A stretch of 64,000 nt of DNA, taken from contig CAWDTA010000001.1 of NCBI GenBank assembly GCA_963805085.1, positions 32,001 to 96,000 on the forward strand. Reading direction: 5' to 3'. Below the pieces are notes generated by a model. That model was given only the letters and a program-made list of their open reading frames with translations, did not search any database and was not told the origin of the DNA. Origin of the DNA: an uncultured Veillonellaceae bacterium. Its GTDB lineage: Bacteria > Bacillota > Negativicutes > JARBTT01. Positions 40,083 through 49,487 of this stretch are shown piece after piece. The first letter of the stretch is position 1. Each line of letters begins with the position of its first letter. A program made the position numbers and the translations under genes.

Positions 40083-41336
40083 ATGGGCAAGCACTCCGTG
40101 TTGATTGCAGAAAACGTATCGGTTACTATTGGCAAACGGAAGATTTTACATGAATTGAACTTGAAAGCCGAAAAAGGCGAATTTATCGGTATCATTGGAC
40201 CGAATGGCGCAGGGAAAAGCACCTTGCTAAAAGCTTTGCGGGGGTTAACTAAAAATACAATTGGTTCTGTAAAAATATTTGGTCGAGAAATAGCACAGTT
40301 TAGTGATAAAGAAATCGCCCGTAACATTGCCTATATGCAACAAGAGGTCAATTTAGGTTTTGGTTTTTCTTCTCTAGACGTTGTCTTAGCTGGGCGGTAT
40401 CCATATTTGTCTTGGTGGCAAAATGAACATAAGGCAGATTATGAAATTGCTCGGAAATACATGAAGTTTACAGGGGTAGAAGCTTTAGAAGAAAAGAAAG
40501 TGAATCAATTATCCGGTGGAGAGCGGCAAAGAGTGTTGCTAGCCAAAGTACTTGCGCAAGAAACACCATTACTTTATCTTGATGAACCGACAGCTAGTCT
40601 TGATTTGGCATATCAAGAAGAAATTTTTCGCTATTGCCAAAGTCTTTGTAATGAAGGGAAAACAGTGCTTATTATTGTCCATGATATTAGACTTGCTGCA
40701 AAGTTTTGTTCGCGACTCGTATTGATTGCAAATGGTACTATAATAGACGATGGTAAACCGGGAAAAGTAATTACGGCGGAGAATTTGAAAAATGCATTTG
40801 GTTTAAATGCTGCTGTGTATACAAATCAAGTCTCAGGTAAGTTAGACATCTATACTTTTTCGAAACCAGAATGTTTGCTCCAAAACAAAAAAATTCATAT
40901 GATCGGTGGCAATGGTACGAGTGGTGCGATCATTCGTAAGTTATATGAACAAAAGTGCCAATTAAGTATTGGTGTATTAGAACAAGGTGATATTGATACA
41001 GTGATTGCTAAGGCTTTTCAAGTTGAAAGTATTACTACACAGAATTTTAATCAAATGAGCGAAATGATAAAACTTGAGAATAAGCAAAAAATAGAAACGG
41101 CAGATTTTGTAGTGTTAACGAATTGTAATTATACTGAGCAAAATTACTTTAATTTAAAAATGGCTTCTTTAGCAAAAAGGCTCATTGTAATCGAAGATAC
41201 ACCAATCGAAGAACGTGATTTTACAAAAGGCAAAGCAACGGTACTTTATAAAAATTTATTACAAAAAAATAGTGTTACAGTACATAAAAGTGACACTGTG
41301 ATTGAAGAAATAAGATTAGAATTTGCAGTGAAATAG
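40083..41336 (+). CDS. BtuD/FecE-type ATPase with C-terminal extension
   Basis: GPNGAGKST, LSGGERQR, LDEPT; extra ~150-aa domain starting HMIGGNGTSG. Confidence 0.9.
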   Translation: MGKHSVLIAENVSVTIGKRKILHELNLKAEKGEFIGIIGPNGAGKSTLLKALRGLTKNTIGSVKIFGREIAQFSDKEIARNIAYMQQEVNLGFGFSSLDVVLAGRYPYLSWWQNEHKADYEIARKYMKFTGVEALEEKKVNQLSGGERQRVLLAKVLAQETPLLYLDEPTASLDLAYQEEIFRYCQSLCNEGKTVLIIVHDIRLAAKFCSRLVLIANGTIIDDGKPGKVITAENLKNAFGLNAAVYTNQVSGKLDIYTFSKPECLLQNKKIHMIGGNGTSGAIIRKLYEQKCQLSIGVLEQGDIDTVIAKAFQVESITTQNFNQMSEMIKLENKQKIETADFVVLTNCNYTEQNYFNLKMASLAKRLIVIEDTPIEERDFTKGKATVLYKNLLQKNSVTVHKSDTVIEEIRLEFAVK

Positions 41337-41391
41337 AAATTTTTGCTTTAAGTTATTTTGGTTATACAATGAAAGAATAGGGGGATGTTTT

Positions 41392-42018
41392 GTGGACTCA
41401 ATAGAAGAAGGTTTTCATCTGTTTAGGGCGGGCGGCCCGATCATGTATTTCATTTTATTATGTTCATTTATTGTTTTAAGCATTGGAATTGAACGTTATC
41501 TATATTATAAAAATATTAAAGCAGATAATGAAAAGTTTATGGCTGAACTTAAACCTATGATTGAAGACAGCAAATGGGAAAGCGCGAGTGAGTTGTGCCG
41601 GGAAAATGGCGGCATTGTAGCTGGGGTTGCCAGTCGAGGCATAAGCTGTTTTACCCAAAAAGTAGTGAATATAGAAAGTGTGTTAGAAGGCGAAGCGTCG
41701 TTAGCAGTAGCAAAATTGAAGGCAAATCTCAATCATTTAGATACGATTGTCACGATTGCGCCGCTACTAGGATTGTTAGGCACGGTTATTGGGATGATTG
41801 GTTCGTTTAGTGTGATGAATGTTAAAAATGGACAACCACTGGCCATTACCGGTGGTGTAGGGGAAGCACTGGTAGCGACTGCATCTGGTTTATGTGTCGC
41901 CGTATTATCTATGCTGTTTTATAGTTATTTTAATCATCGGTTAGATCATGTGATCACAGAGATTGAAGAAGTATGCATATTGCTCGTTAGGCAGATCAAA
42001 CAGGAGAAGGCATCATGA
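41392..42018 (+). CDS. exbB: ExbB/MotA/TolQ proton channel
   Basis: APLLGLLGTVIGMI, GVGEALVATASGL. Confidence 0.92.
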   Translation: MDSIEEGFHLFRAGGPIMYFILLCSFIVLSIGIERYLYYKNIKADNEKFMAELKPMIEDSKWESASELCRENGGIVAGVASRGISCFTQKVVNIESVLEGEASLAVAKLKANLNHLDTIVTIAPLLGLLGTVIGMIGSFSVMNVKNGQPLAITGGVGEALVATASGLCVAVLSMLFYSYFNHRLDHVITEIEEVCILLVRQIKQEKAS

Positions 42019-42425
42019 AACTTCGTAATTTAAGGACGAATCGGAGTCCTAAATTAATGATTATTCCGATGATTGACATTATCTTTTTTCTGTTGGTGTT
42101 TTTTATGATGAGTACGCTCTATATGATCGAGCAACATACTATTCCCATTCACTTGCCTTATGCGACTACACAAAAGATACAAACAGAAAGCAGTATTTCC
42201 ATTACTGTATTGCCAAGTGGAAAAATCCTATTTGAAAATGAAGAAGTAGCTTTAGCCACATTTGGACAGCGGGCAAAAATCGAATTGAGTAAAAATAAAG
42301 ACATTGCCTTTGTGCTAAGAGCAGATCAACAAACAGAATATGGCAAAGTAGTAGCCACATTAGATGAATTAAAATTAGCCGGTGTTAGTAAGATCGCCAT
42401 TGCCACAGAGCGAAAGGATCGATAG
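42015..42425 (+). CDS. exbD: ExbD/TolR
   Basis: IIPMIDIIFFLLVFFM, LRAD. Confidence 0.92.
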   Translation: MKLRNLRTNRSPKLMIIPMIDIIFFLLVFFMMSTLYMIEQHTIPIHLPYATTQKIQTESSISITVLPSGKILFENEEVALATFGQRAKIELSKNKDIAFVLRADQQTEYGKVVATLDELKLAGVSKIAIATERKDR

Positions 42426-42428
42426 ACA

Positions 42429-43136
42429 ATGCTTGAAAGATTACGCTGGCAAAAAGCGACTTGTATTTCATTCTTAGCGCATGGTGTTTTTTTGCTTTTC
42501 ATTTTTTATATGACGAATTTTGTTTTTGCAGATCAAAAAAGTGAAGAGTATACAGAGGTTGTTTTGGTTAAAGATGAACAAGAATTAGAACATCCAGTAG
42601 TGAAGTCTGAACTAGAACAGCAAATGAGTGATACTTCAATGATAGGGCAGCAAAAGCAACAAGAGCAAAGTAAAGTGATAGAACCTTCATTGCAAACTGC
42701 AGATGGCACAGCGAAGGTAGCGGCGGCAATTGGTGGGGATATTGCTATACAAGCAGTAGGAACTGGTAATGGAAAGGGTTCGGCAAGCAGAGATAACGGT
42801 AGTGGGAATAATAGCGAGGGAAAGGCGGGCAATGGCACCGCCTCAGCGGTAGATCAAAGTAGCCCAGCTAAACGTATAACAGCGACAAAACCAAACTACC
42901 CTGAACGCGATAGACGGCAAAATAGAGAAGGGACAGTAACACTTGGCTTTACTGTTTTAGCTGATGGCGAAGTTAGCAATGTTGAAATTTTAAGCTCTGA
43001 TTGTAGTGAGGCTATGAATCAAGCGGCTATTCATTGTGTAGAAGAGTGGCAATATACACCAGCGCGAGATTCTACTGGACAGGCTATAGCGTATTATAAA
43101 AAAGCAAAAGTAACGTTCGATCTTGAAAATCAATAA
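42429..43136 (+). CDS. tonB: TonB energy transducer
   Basis: TM S..AH, low-complexity linker, PNYPERDRRQNREGTV C-terminal domain. Confidence 0.9.
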   Translation: MLERLRWQKATCISFLAHGVFLLFIFYMTNFVFADQKSEEYTEVVLVKDEQELEHPVVKSELEQQMSDTSMIGQQKQQEQSKVIEPSLQTADGTAKVAAAIGGDIAIQAVGTGNGKGSASRDNGSGNNSEGKAGNGTASAVDQSSPAKRITATKPNYPERDRRQNREGTVTLGFTVLADGEVSNVEILSSDCSEAMNQAAIHCVEEWQYTPARDSTGQAIAYYKKAKVTFDLENQ

Positions 43137-43147
43137 ATTAGATTAGG

Positions 43148-44113
43148 ATGTCGATAATGTTAGAACTTGTAAATTTGTCGAATTACTGTATGGATACAGA
43201 ACAACTCATTGATAATAAAAAAGAAAACCTAGAAAAATTTTTAAAAGATAATCAACTAGATGGCATTGAAATGATGTTTTGCCAGCCGTGGGACAAGTCA
43301 TTACATGAGGAAAAATTCATCCAAGGAGTACACTTAAATTTTTGTCCGAGTTGGTTAGAGTTTTGGCGTGGTGATTTAAAAAGCGTTGAAGAACAATTGG
43401 GCAGCCGAGAAGCTATTGTTCAATGTTATGGCGGCTTAACCAGAAAAGACTGGTTAGAGAGCTACCGAGAAAACATTGTAAATGCAAGACAGACAAATGC
43501 CAAATATTTTGTATTCCACGTCAGTCATGCGCGTACGAATGAAGTTTTTGATTGGGAATTTCGCGCGAGTAGTGAAGAGGTCATTGATGCTACGATTCAA
43601 CTGGTAAATGAATTAGCTCCAGAGATACCGGAAGATATGATGTTGTTGTTCGAAAATCTCTGGTGGCCTGGCTTAACCTTATTAGATAAACGATTAGCTA
43701 AAAAATTAATCAATAATGTCAATCATAACAATGTTGGGATTATGCTTGATACAGGTCATCTGATGAATACGAATCAACAGTTAAAGAACCAAGAAGAAGC
43801 TGTTGATTATGTGATAAATATAGTAGAAAATTTAGGAAAATATCGTAAGTATATTAAGGGTGTGCATCTACATTATTCATTATCAGGTGAATATGTTTTA
43901 AATAGTATAAAAAAAGCTAGTTGCAAAAAAACAACAAGTGGTGAGATTATGGAACATATCCTTAAAATTGACGAACATTTGCCGTTTACAACACCAAAAG
44001 TTAAACGTATTATTGAATATATTCAACCAGAAATTTTAGTACATGAATTTATGCAAAGTACACGGGAAGATTGGCAAAACAAACTTAACATGCAAAAGCA
44101 AGCATTGAAGTGA
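43148..44113 (+). CDS. AP-endonuclease-2 / xylose-isomerase-like TIM-barrel metalloenzyme (CbiR-like)
   Basis: VHL, FHVSH, FENLWWPG, LDTGHLMN, VHLH, DEHLPF, VHEF; inside the B12 uptake operon. Confidence 0.7.
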   Translation: MSIMLELVNLSNYCMDTEQLIDNKKENLEKFLKDNQLDGIEMMFCQPWDKSLHEEKFIQGVHLNFCPSWLEFWRGDLKSVEEQLGSREAIVQCYGGLTRKDWLESYRENIVNARQTNAKYFVFHVSHARTNEVFDWEFRASSEEVIDATIQLVNELAPEIPEDMMLLFENLWWPGLTLLDKRLAKKLINNVNHNNVGIMLDTGHLMNTNQQLKNQEEAVDYVINIVENLGKYRKYIKGVHLHYSLSGEYVLNSIKKASCKKTTSGEIMEHILKIDEHLPFTTPKVKRIIEYIQPEILVHEFMQSTREDWQNKLNMQKQALK

Positions 44114-44122
44114 GGCTAAGAC

Positions 44123-45055
44123 ATGGTAAAACGTAGTATTCTATGGATTCTTATAGTATTAGTGAGTGGACTACTTAGTGGCTGTAACATGGATACGCCC
44201 AGAGAAAAAACAACAGCTGCTTATGAAGTCGTTGATAGTCAAGGTACAGTAATAAAGCTGGACAAAAAGCCACAACATATCGTTTCGCTTACCTTATGTA
44301 GTGATGAGATTTTGTTATCATTAATAGATAAAAATCGTCTTGCATCTTGCACATCGCGAGCTACAGATCGTGGTATCTCTAATGTAGCTGAGCAAGCACA
44401 GGATGTACCAAAGTTAAGTAGTAAAAGTATTGAAGCCATTATTGCATTGCAGCCAGATCTCGTGATTGCCGCAGATTGGCTGCCTGTAGAATTAATTGAA
44501 AGCTTAAGAGAAGTGGGACTGAACGTATATGCTTATAAGACACCAAGTACAATCACTGAGGTAGAATCTTTAGTTGAAGAATTTAGTAAAGTCGTAGGTG
44601 AGACAGAAAAAGGGATAGCTATTGTCAAAGAAATGGATGAAGTACTAACGAAAGTACAAGATGACGTAAAGCAAATTCTTCAAGACAAACGCAAAGTTGT
44701 TATGGCACTGTCCTTTATGGGGTGTTATGGTGGTAAAGGCAGTATACTGGATGACATTGATAAAAACGCTGGGGTTATCAACGGTGCGGTTCTTGCGGGG
44801 TTAGGAAAAAATGATACGCTAGCTAAAGAACAAATGGTTGCCATCAATCCTGATGTTATTATGGTGCCAACTTGGGATTATGAAGGTAAAGACACAGAGA
44901 AGTTTAAACAAGATATATTGAACGATCCAGCACTATCTACGATCAAAGCCGTTAAAAATAAACGACTTATTCAAGTCGCTGATAAATATACATATTGTAC
45001 GTCACAATATGTCGTATATGGCGTAAGAGATTTAGCGAAAGCAGTGTATAAGTAA
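44123..45055 (+). CDS. Second BtuF-like substrate-binding lipoprotein
   Basis: Lipobox LSGC, KPQHIVSL; paralog of 35994-36938. Confidence 0.85.
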   Translation: MVKRSILWILIVLVSGLLSGCNMDTPREKTTAAYEVVDSQGTVIKLDKKPQHIVSLTLCSDEILLSLIDKNRLASCTSRATDRGISNVAEQAQDVPKLSSKSIEAIIALQPDLVIAADWLPVELIESLREVGLNVYAYKTPSTITEVESLVEEFSKVVGETEKGIAIVKEMDEVLTKVQDDVKQILQDKRKVVMALSFMGCYGGKGSILDDIDKNAGVINGAVLAGLGKNDTLAKEQMVAINPDVIMVPTWDYEGKDTEKFKQDILNDPALSTIKAVKNKRLIQVADKYTYCTSQYVVYGVRDLAKAVYK

Positions 45056-45065
45056 TAAAGTATTC

Positions 45066-45201
45066 TCAAAAGATGCTGAATGTATCTAGGTTATGTGCAA
45101 ACTAATTTAAACAGTTATAAAATAAATTAGAAATACGCCATCATTTTGTTCAAAGTTTTATAAACAAAATGATGGCGTATTGACTTTAAAAGGATATGAT
45201 T
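45066..45201 (-). mobile_element. Internal part of a Tn7-like left end (terminus missing)
   Basis: 18-bp sites at 45094 and 45147; clearly homologous to ~50315-50450; ends at taaaaggatatgatt. Confidence 0.65.
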
Positions 45202-45343
45202 GAATTACTATTCAATACGTATTTCTGTATTTGAAAGTTTCGGCTAACGCCTAAAATCTAGTGGTCATGATTTCAGCTTGGCAGGAGTTTTGTCTCCTAA
45301 TGATAAACGATACATCCGTCTGGACTACAATTGCATAAGGAAA

Positions 45344-45381
45344 ATATTTACAATAGTTTTACATAAAACTATTGTAAATAT
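45344..45381. promoter_or_regulatory. Perfect inverted repeat, probable MarR operator
   Basis: atatttacaatagtttta-ca-taaaactattgtaaatat immediately before the MarR fragment start. Confidence 0.6.
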
Positions 45382-45630
45382 ATGAATGAAAAGTATATTA
45401 TAAGTTTAATCGATGGAATACATAACCAAACTAGTAAATTTATTGAAAATGAGTTGAAGAAACACAAGATCGGAGGAATAGCAACTTCGCATGGTGATAT
45501 TTTATTTCAGTTTTACAAAAACGAATTTCTTACAATGCGACAGTTAGCAAAATTGATAAACAGCGATAATTCTACTGTGACAGTGTTGGTTGATAAGGTG
45601 GTAAAGTATGGATATATTAGCAAGACGCTG
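45382..45630 (+). pseudogene. Truncated MarR regulator, in frame with the downstream permease
   Basis: ATSHGDIL, LTMRQLAKLI..STVTVLVDKVVKYGYISK; the wing and C-terminal helices are absent. Confidence 0.65.
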
Positions 45631-45684
45631 GATGTTCAGCTGCTAGAGTATACAATTTATCGGTTACACAGAAAGGAGAGTATT

Positions 45685-46344
45685 TTGGGTGGCACTATTT
45701 TGATAAAAATTGTAGATTATTTTTCTAATAATATGGATGCTTATCTAATTTCTATACAAGAGCATATAGGGATTAGCTTATTGGCATTAATGGCTGCCAT
45801 TATAATTGGAATTCCTTGCGGATACGCTTGCGTAAAGCATAAGAAATACGAGAAGTGGATTATATCTATTTTTCAGGTATTGCGAATTATTCCAAGTTTG
45901 GCGGTTTTAATACTACTAATTCCGATTATGGGGACAGGGATCAAGCCAGCAATGACAGCATTAGTTTTGTTAGCAGTTCCACCAATTCTTATGAACACAA
46001 TTGTGGGATTAGAAGAAGTACCTGATTTTATGATAGAAACAGCTTATGGAGTTGGAATGACAGATCGACAAGTATTATGGAAAGTCAAGTTCCCTTTGGC
46101 TACGTCCTTAATTCTAGCCGGAATCAAGACAGCTATGATTGAAATTATTGCCAGTGCGACACTGGCGGCCAAAATAGGGGCAGGAGGACTGGGTGGCATA
46201 ATTTTTACTGGTTTAGGCTTAGATCGAATTGATTTGCTTTTGGTTGGAGGTATTTCGGTTGCAGTGCTAGCGATTGTAGCCGGATTATTGCTTGAACTGA
46301 TAGATAGAGTGTTGCTGAAATATAAATACATAAGAAAGTGGTAA
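45685..46344 (+). CDS. Osmoprotectant ABC permease (OpuCB/ProW-like)
   Basis: AAGGAG RBS plus TTG 45685; IIPSLAVL, ETAYGVGMT, IGAGGLG. Confidence 0.88.
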   Translation: MGGTILIKIVDYFSNNMDAYLISIQEHIGISLLALMAAIIIGIPCGYACVKHKKYEKWIISIFQVLRIIPSLAVLILLIPIMGTGIKPAMTALVLLAVPPILMNTIVGLEEVPDFMIETAYGVGMTDRQVLWKVKFPLATSLILAGIKTAMIEIIASATLAAKIGAGGLGGIIFTGLGLDRIDLLLVGGISVAVLAIVAGLLLELIDRVLLKYKYIRKW

Positions 46345-46351
46345 TGGAAAA

Positions 46352-47245
46352 ATGAAAAAAAGAATGAAACTGTTGATAACAGCATTTATTGTTATGGTGC
46401 TGGCACTATCTATGACAGCATGTGGCAGTAATAGTAAGAACACAACGATTCGTGTTGGAACAAAAGATTTTACTGAAAATTTAGTTGTTGGAGAATTGTA
46501 TGCATTAGCCTTAGAAGGCGCTGGATATAAGGTAGAAAGAGTTCCAAATATCGCAGGTTCCGTAATTCATACGTCTCTTGTAAGCAATAAAATTGATTTG
46601 TATCCTGAATATACTGGTACTGGACTATTAGCAGTTCTCAAGATGAAGCCCCTTACAAACTCAAATGAAGTTTACCAGACTGTAAAAGATGGCTACGAAA
46701 ACCAATTTCAAATTACGTGGTTACAATACTCAAAAGCCAATGATGGGCAAGGTCTTGTTATTCGTACAGAGGTAGCAAAAAAACTTGGGATTACTACGAT
46801 TTCAGATTTACAGAAGCATGTAAGTGAGCTTAGGTTTGCATCACAAGGTGAGTTTGACCAAAGAGATGACGGAATTCCAGCATTAAAAAAAGTATATGGA
46901 GATTTTAATTGGAAATCATCAAAGGTATATGATAATGGGTTAAAATATGAGGTGCTGAAAAATAATGAAGCAGATGTTGCACCATCGTATACAACGGAGG
47001 GACAATTAGTCAATACAAATGAATTTACCTTGCTGGAAGATGATAAACATGTATGGCCGCCTTATAATTTGGCTCCAGTTATTCGTGATAATGTGTTAGC
47101 GGCTCATCCTGATATTGCTGACGTTATAAATAAAGTAAGTGCTACCTTAGATACAAAAACTCTTACAGCACTAAATGCAAAAGTTGATGTTGATAAAAAA
47201 GAATATGAAAAAGTAACAAAAGAGTATTACGACTCAATTAAATAG
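46352..47245 (+). CDS. Osmoprotectant ABC substrate-binding lipoprotein (OpuCC/OsmF-like)
   Basis: MTAC lipobox, GTKDFTE, YPEYTGT, RDDG, WPPY. Confidence 0.9.
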   Translation: MKKRMKLLITAFIVMVLALSMTACGSNSKNTTIRVGTKDFTENLVVGELYALALEGAGYKVERVPNIAGSVIHTSLVSNKIDLYPEYTGTGLLAVLKMKPLTNSNEVYQTVKDGYENQFQITWLQYSKANDGQGLVIRTEVAKKLGITTISDLQKHVSELRFASQGEFDQRDDGIPALKKVYGDFNWKSSKVYDNGLKYEVLKNNEADVAPSYTTEGQLVNTNEFTLLEDDKHVWPPYNLAPVIRDNVLAAHPDIADVINKVSATLDTKTLTALNAKVDVDKKEYEKVTKEYYDSIK

Positions 47246-47265
47246 TTGAATGCGAGGAGGATACT

Positions 47266-48036
47266 ATGTCTCATAAGGCGATAGAATTTAGTAATGTATC
47301 TAAAAATTTTGATAATACCGGGTATAATGCTGTGGATCATGTGAGCCTTGCCATTGAAGAAGGGGAGTTTATTACGATACTAGGCTCTTCAGGGGGTGGA
47401 AAAACTACCTTGCTCAAAATGATTAATCGTTTATATGAGCCCACTGAAGGGACAATTATGTTATTTGATGAAGACATTAGAGCGGTGGATGCGGTTAAGT
47501 TAAGAAGACGTATAGGCTATGTAATTCAGCAGGTGGGGCTATTCCCTCATATGAAAATAGCCGAGAATATTGCGATTGTACCAAACCTTTTAAAATGGAG
47601 TAAAGAGAAAATTGATGCGAGAGTTGATGCATTGTTAACTCTCGTAGGACTTGAACCGCAAAAATTTAAGGAACGGTATCCGTCACAACTATCCGGTGGA
47701 CAGCAACAAAGAATTGGACTTGCTAGAGCATTAGCAATTGATCCTAAGATTATGTTGCTCGATGAGCCTTTTGGAGCAATTGATGCAATCAATCGGATGA
47801 AATTACAAGAGGAGTTACTCTGTATTCATGGTGGACTAAAAAAGACCTTTTTATTTGTCACACATGATATCAATGAAGCATTTAAACTGGGAACCAGAGT
47901 GATTATTATGAACGAGGGTAGAATATGTCAATTTGATACCCCGAGAAATATCGCGAAAAATCCGGTAGATGATTTCGTAACTTCTCTAATAACCTCTTCG
48001 CGAGAGCAGGGACGTTTCTGGGGGGAATTTGCTTGA
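47266..48036 (+). CDS. Osmoprotectant ABC ATPase (no CBS domains)
   Basis: GSSGGGKTT, IGYVIQQVGLFPH, LSGGQQQR, DEPFGA. Confidence 0.9.
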   Translation: MSHKAIEFSNVSKNFDNTGYNAVDHVSLAIEEGEFITILGSSGGGKTTLLKMINRLYEPTEGTIMLFDEDIRAVDAVKLRRRIGYVIQQVGLFPHMKIAENIAIVPNLLKWSKEKIDARVDALLTLVGLEPQKFKERYPSQLSGGQQQRIGLARALAIDPKIMLLDEPFGAIDAINRMKLQEELLCIHGGLKKTFLFVTHDINEAFKLGTRVIIMNEGRICQFDTPRNIAKNPVDDFVTSLITSSREQGRFWGEFA

Positions 48037-48641
48037 TAGTATATGCGATGAACTATTCAGATAAATTAGGTAAGGCGCTATTTGAGCATCTAGAAATCGT
48101 AGTAATTACACTGATAATTTCCCTTCTATTGGCATCCGTATTAACGATATTTGCTATACGTTCAGAAAAACTATCAAAAGTACTAATACATATGTTTGCG
48201 GTTATTTATTCCATACCCAGCTTAGCGCTTTTTGCCATGTTGATTCCGGTGACTGGCCTGGGGAAAGTCACCGCCATAACGGTTTTGGTTGTTTACAATC
48301 AATATTTATTGCTGCAGAGTTTTATTGCGGGGTTAAATGAAGTAGATCCTGCTATCATTGAAGCAGCTACTGGTATCGGTATGAGTACTATGCAGATACT
48401 TTTTAAAGTAAGGCTGCCGTTGTCTAAGAGAGCACTCTTTGCTGGGGTACGCCTTGCAGTGGTTTCTACCATTGGCATTGCAACGATTGCTGCATTCATC
48501 AATGCAGGAGGTCTCGGCAATATTTTATTTGATGGACTTCGCACGATGAATGTTTACAAAATACTTTGGGGAAGTACGTTAGCAGCGGGGCTGGCAATAG
48601 GTGTCAATGCTCTATTAAGTAAAATTGAACAAATGCTATAA
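48033..48641 (+). CDS. Osmoprotectant ABC permease (OpuCD-like)
   Basis: SIPSLALF, EAATGIGMS, INAGGLG. Confidence 0.9.
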   Translation: MIVYAMNYSDKLGKALFEHLEIVVITLIISLLLASVLTIFAIRSEKLSKVLIHMFAVIYSIPSLALFAMLIPVTGLGKVTAITVLVVYNQYLLLQSFIAGLNEVDPAIIEAATGIGMSTMQILFKVRLPLSKRALFAGVRLAVVSTIGIATIAAFINAGGLGNILFDGLRTMNVYKILWGSTLAAGLAIGVNALLSKIEQML

Positions 48642-48821
48642 GAATATAAAGCTGTTGAACTAGCTAGGAAAGGGCCGATTGAAGAGCTTCAATGACTATT
48701 TTATTAAAGAAGTATAAAGGGAAAAGCTTCAAGTTCAATGCTGAGTAGTATTGTACTTGAAATTAATATTGAACGGTGACAATACAAAAGCACACTGAAC
48801 TGAACTATTAAAAACGGACAG

Positions 48822-48877
48822 TGACAAATAACCCCCTTCGTAGTTTTATTCTCCTACGAAGGGGGGGATTTTGTCAT
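48822..48877. terminator. Strong hairpin between convergent units
   Basis: tgacaaataacccccttcgtag ... ctacgaaggggggattttgtca. Confidence 0.65.
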
Positions 48878-48955
48878 TACCTTAGGCGATATTCAAAAAT
48901 GAGAGGCTTTTCTTAGTTAGAGAGGTTTCACAAAATACAGTAGGTCGATGAGCAC

Positions 48956-49435
48956 TCATTTTAGAATAAGGCGGGTTTGTTTACTTCTGTCCACTTTTGT
49001 AGGGTAGATATAACCAATCAAATGAAATTGATTGACAAGTGTGTCAAAATCAATAGAAGATTTTACAAAAGTACCATCTTTATTGGGTATTTCATAAACG
49101 ATATGGTCTGCAGTAACTTCACAGACTATGCCGACTGATACTTCCTGATTGACATTTTTCCATAAAATAATTGCTCCTGCCTGAGCGTCTCTAGGAGCTG
49201 TCTTTTCTATCCATTCAAATTGAGCAGCATTAGAAAACCAGTCCTCAGCATCGCCATTCCAATTCATTCCCGGGACAGGCGCTGTTTTATCAAATTCTTG
49301 TGCAATATAGCCAAGAGTTTGGCTTGGAAGATGCTTGTACCATGGGCTGGCGTCAGGATTACAGTCGCAAGCTAATACGGTGACAGGTATCAATAATGTT
49401 AAAAATAGTAAATAATAAAAACTGATCTTTTTCAA
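48956..49435 (-). CDS. Exported CHAP-like protein lacking catalytic Cys/His
   Basis: Signal peptide; WNGDAEDW..A, P..AGAIILW, VGIVCEV, GYIYP pattern; QT where QC is expected and VSV where GHV is expected. Confidence 0.55.
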   Translation of the reverse strand: MKKISFYYLLFLTLLIPVTVLACDCNPDASPWYKHLPSQTLGYIAQEFDKTAPVPGMNWNGDAEDWFSNAAQFEWIEKTAPRDAQAGAIILWKNVNQEVSVGIVCEVTADHIVYEIPNKDGTFVKSSIDFDTLVNQFHLIGYIYPTKVDRSKQTRLILK

Positions 49436-49487
49436 AAATTCGTCACCTCCATTTAGTCAATAATTTTAATCATCGAGAATCGGTGTA

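Noticed and set aside
48796-48820. TGAACTGAAC..AAAACGGACA resembling an IS3/IS150 terminal repeat
   Set aside because: No partner repeat or transposase fragment seen; too short to support
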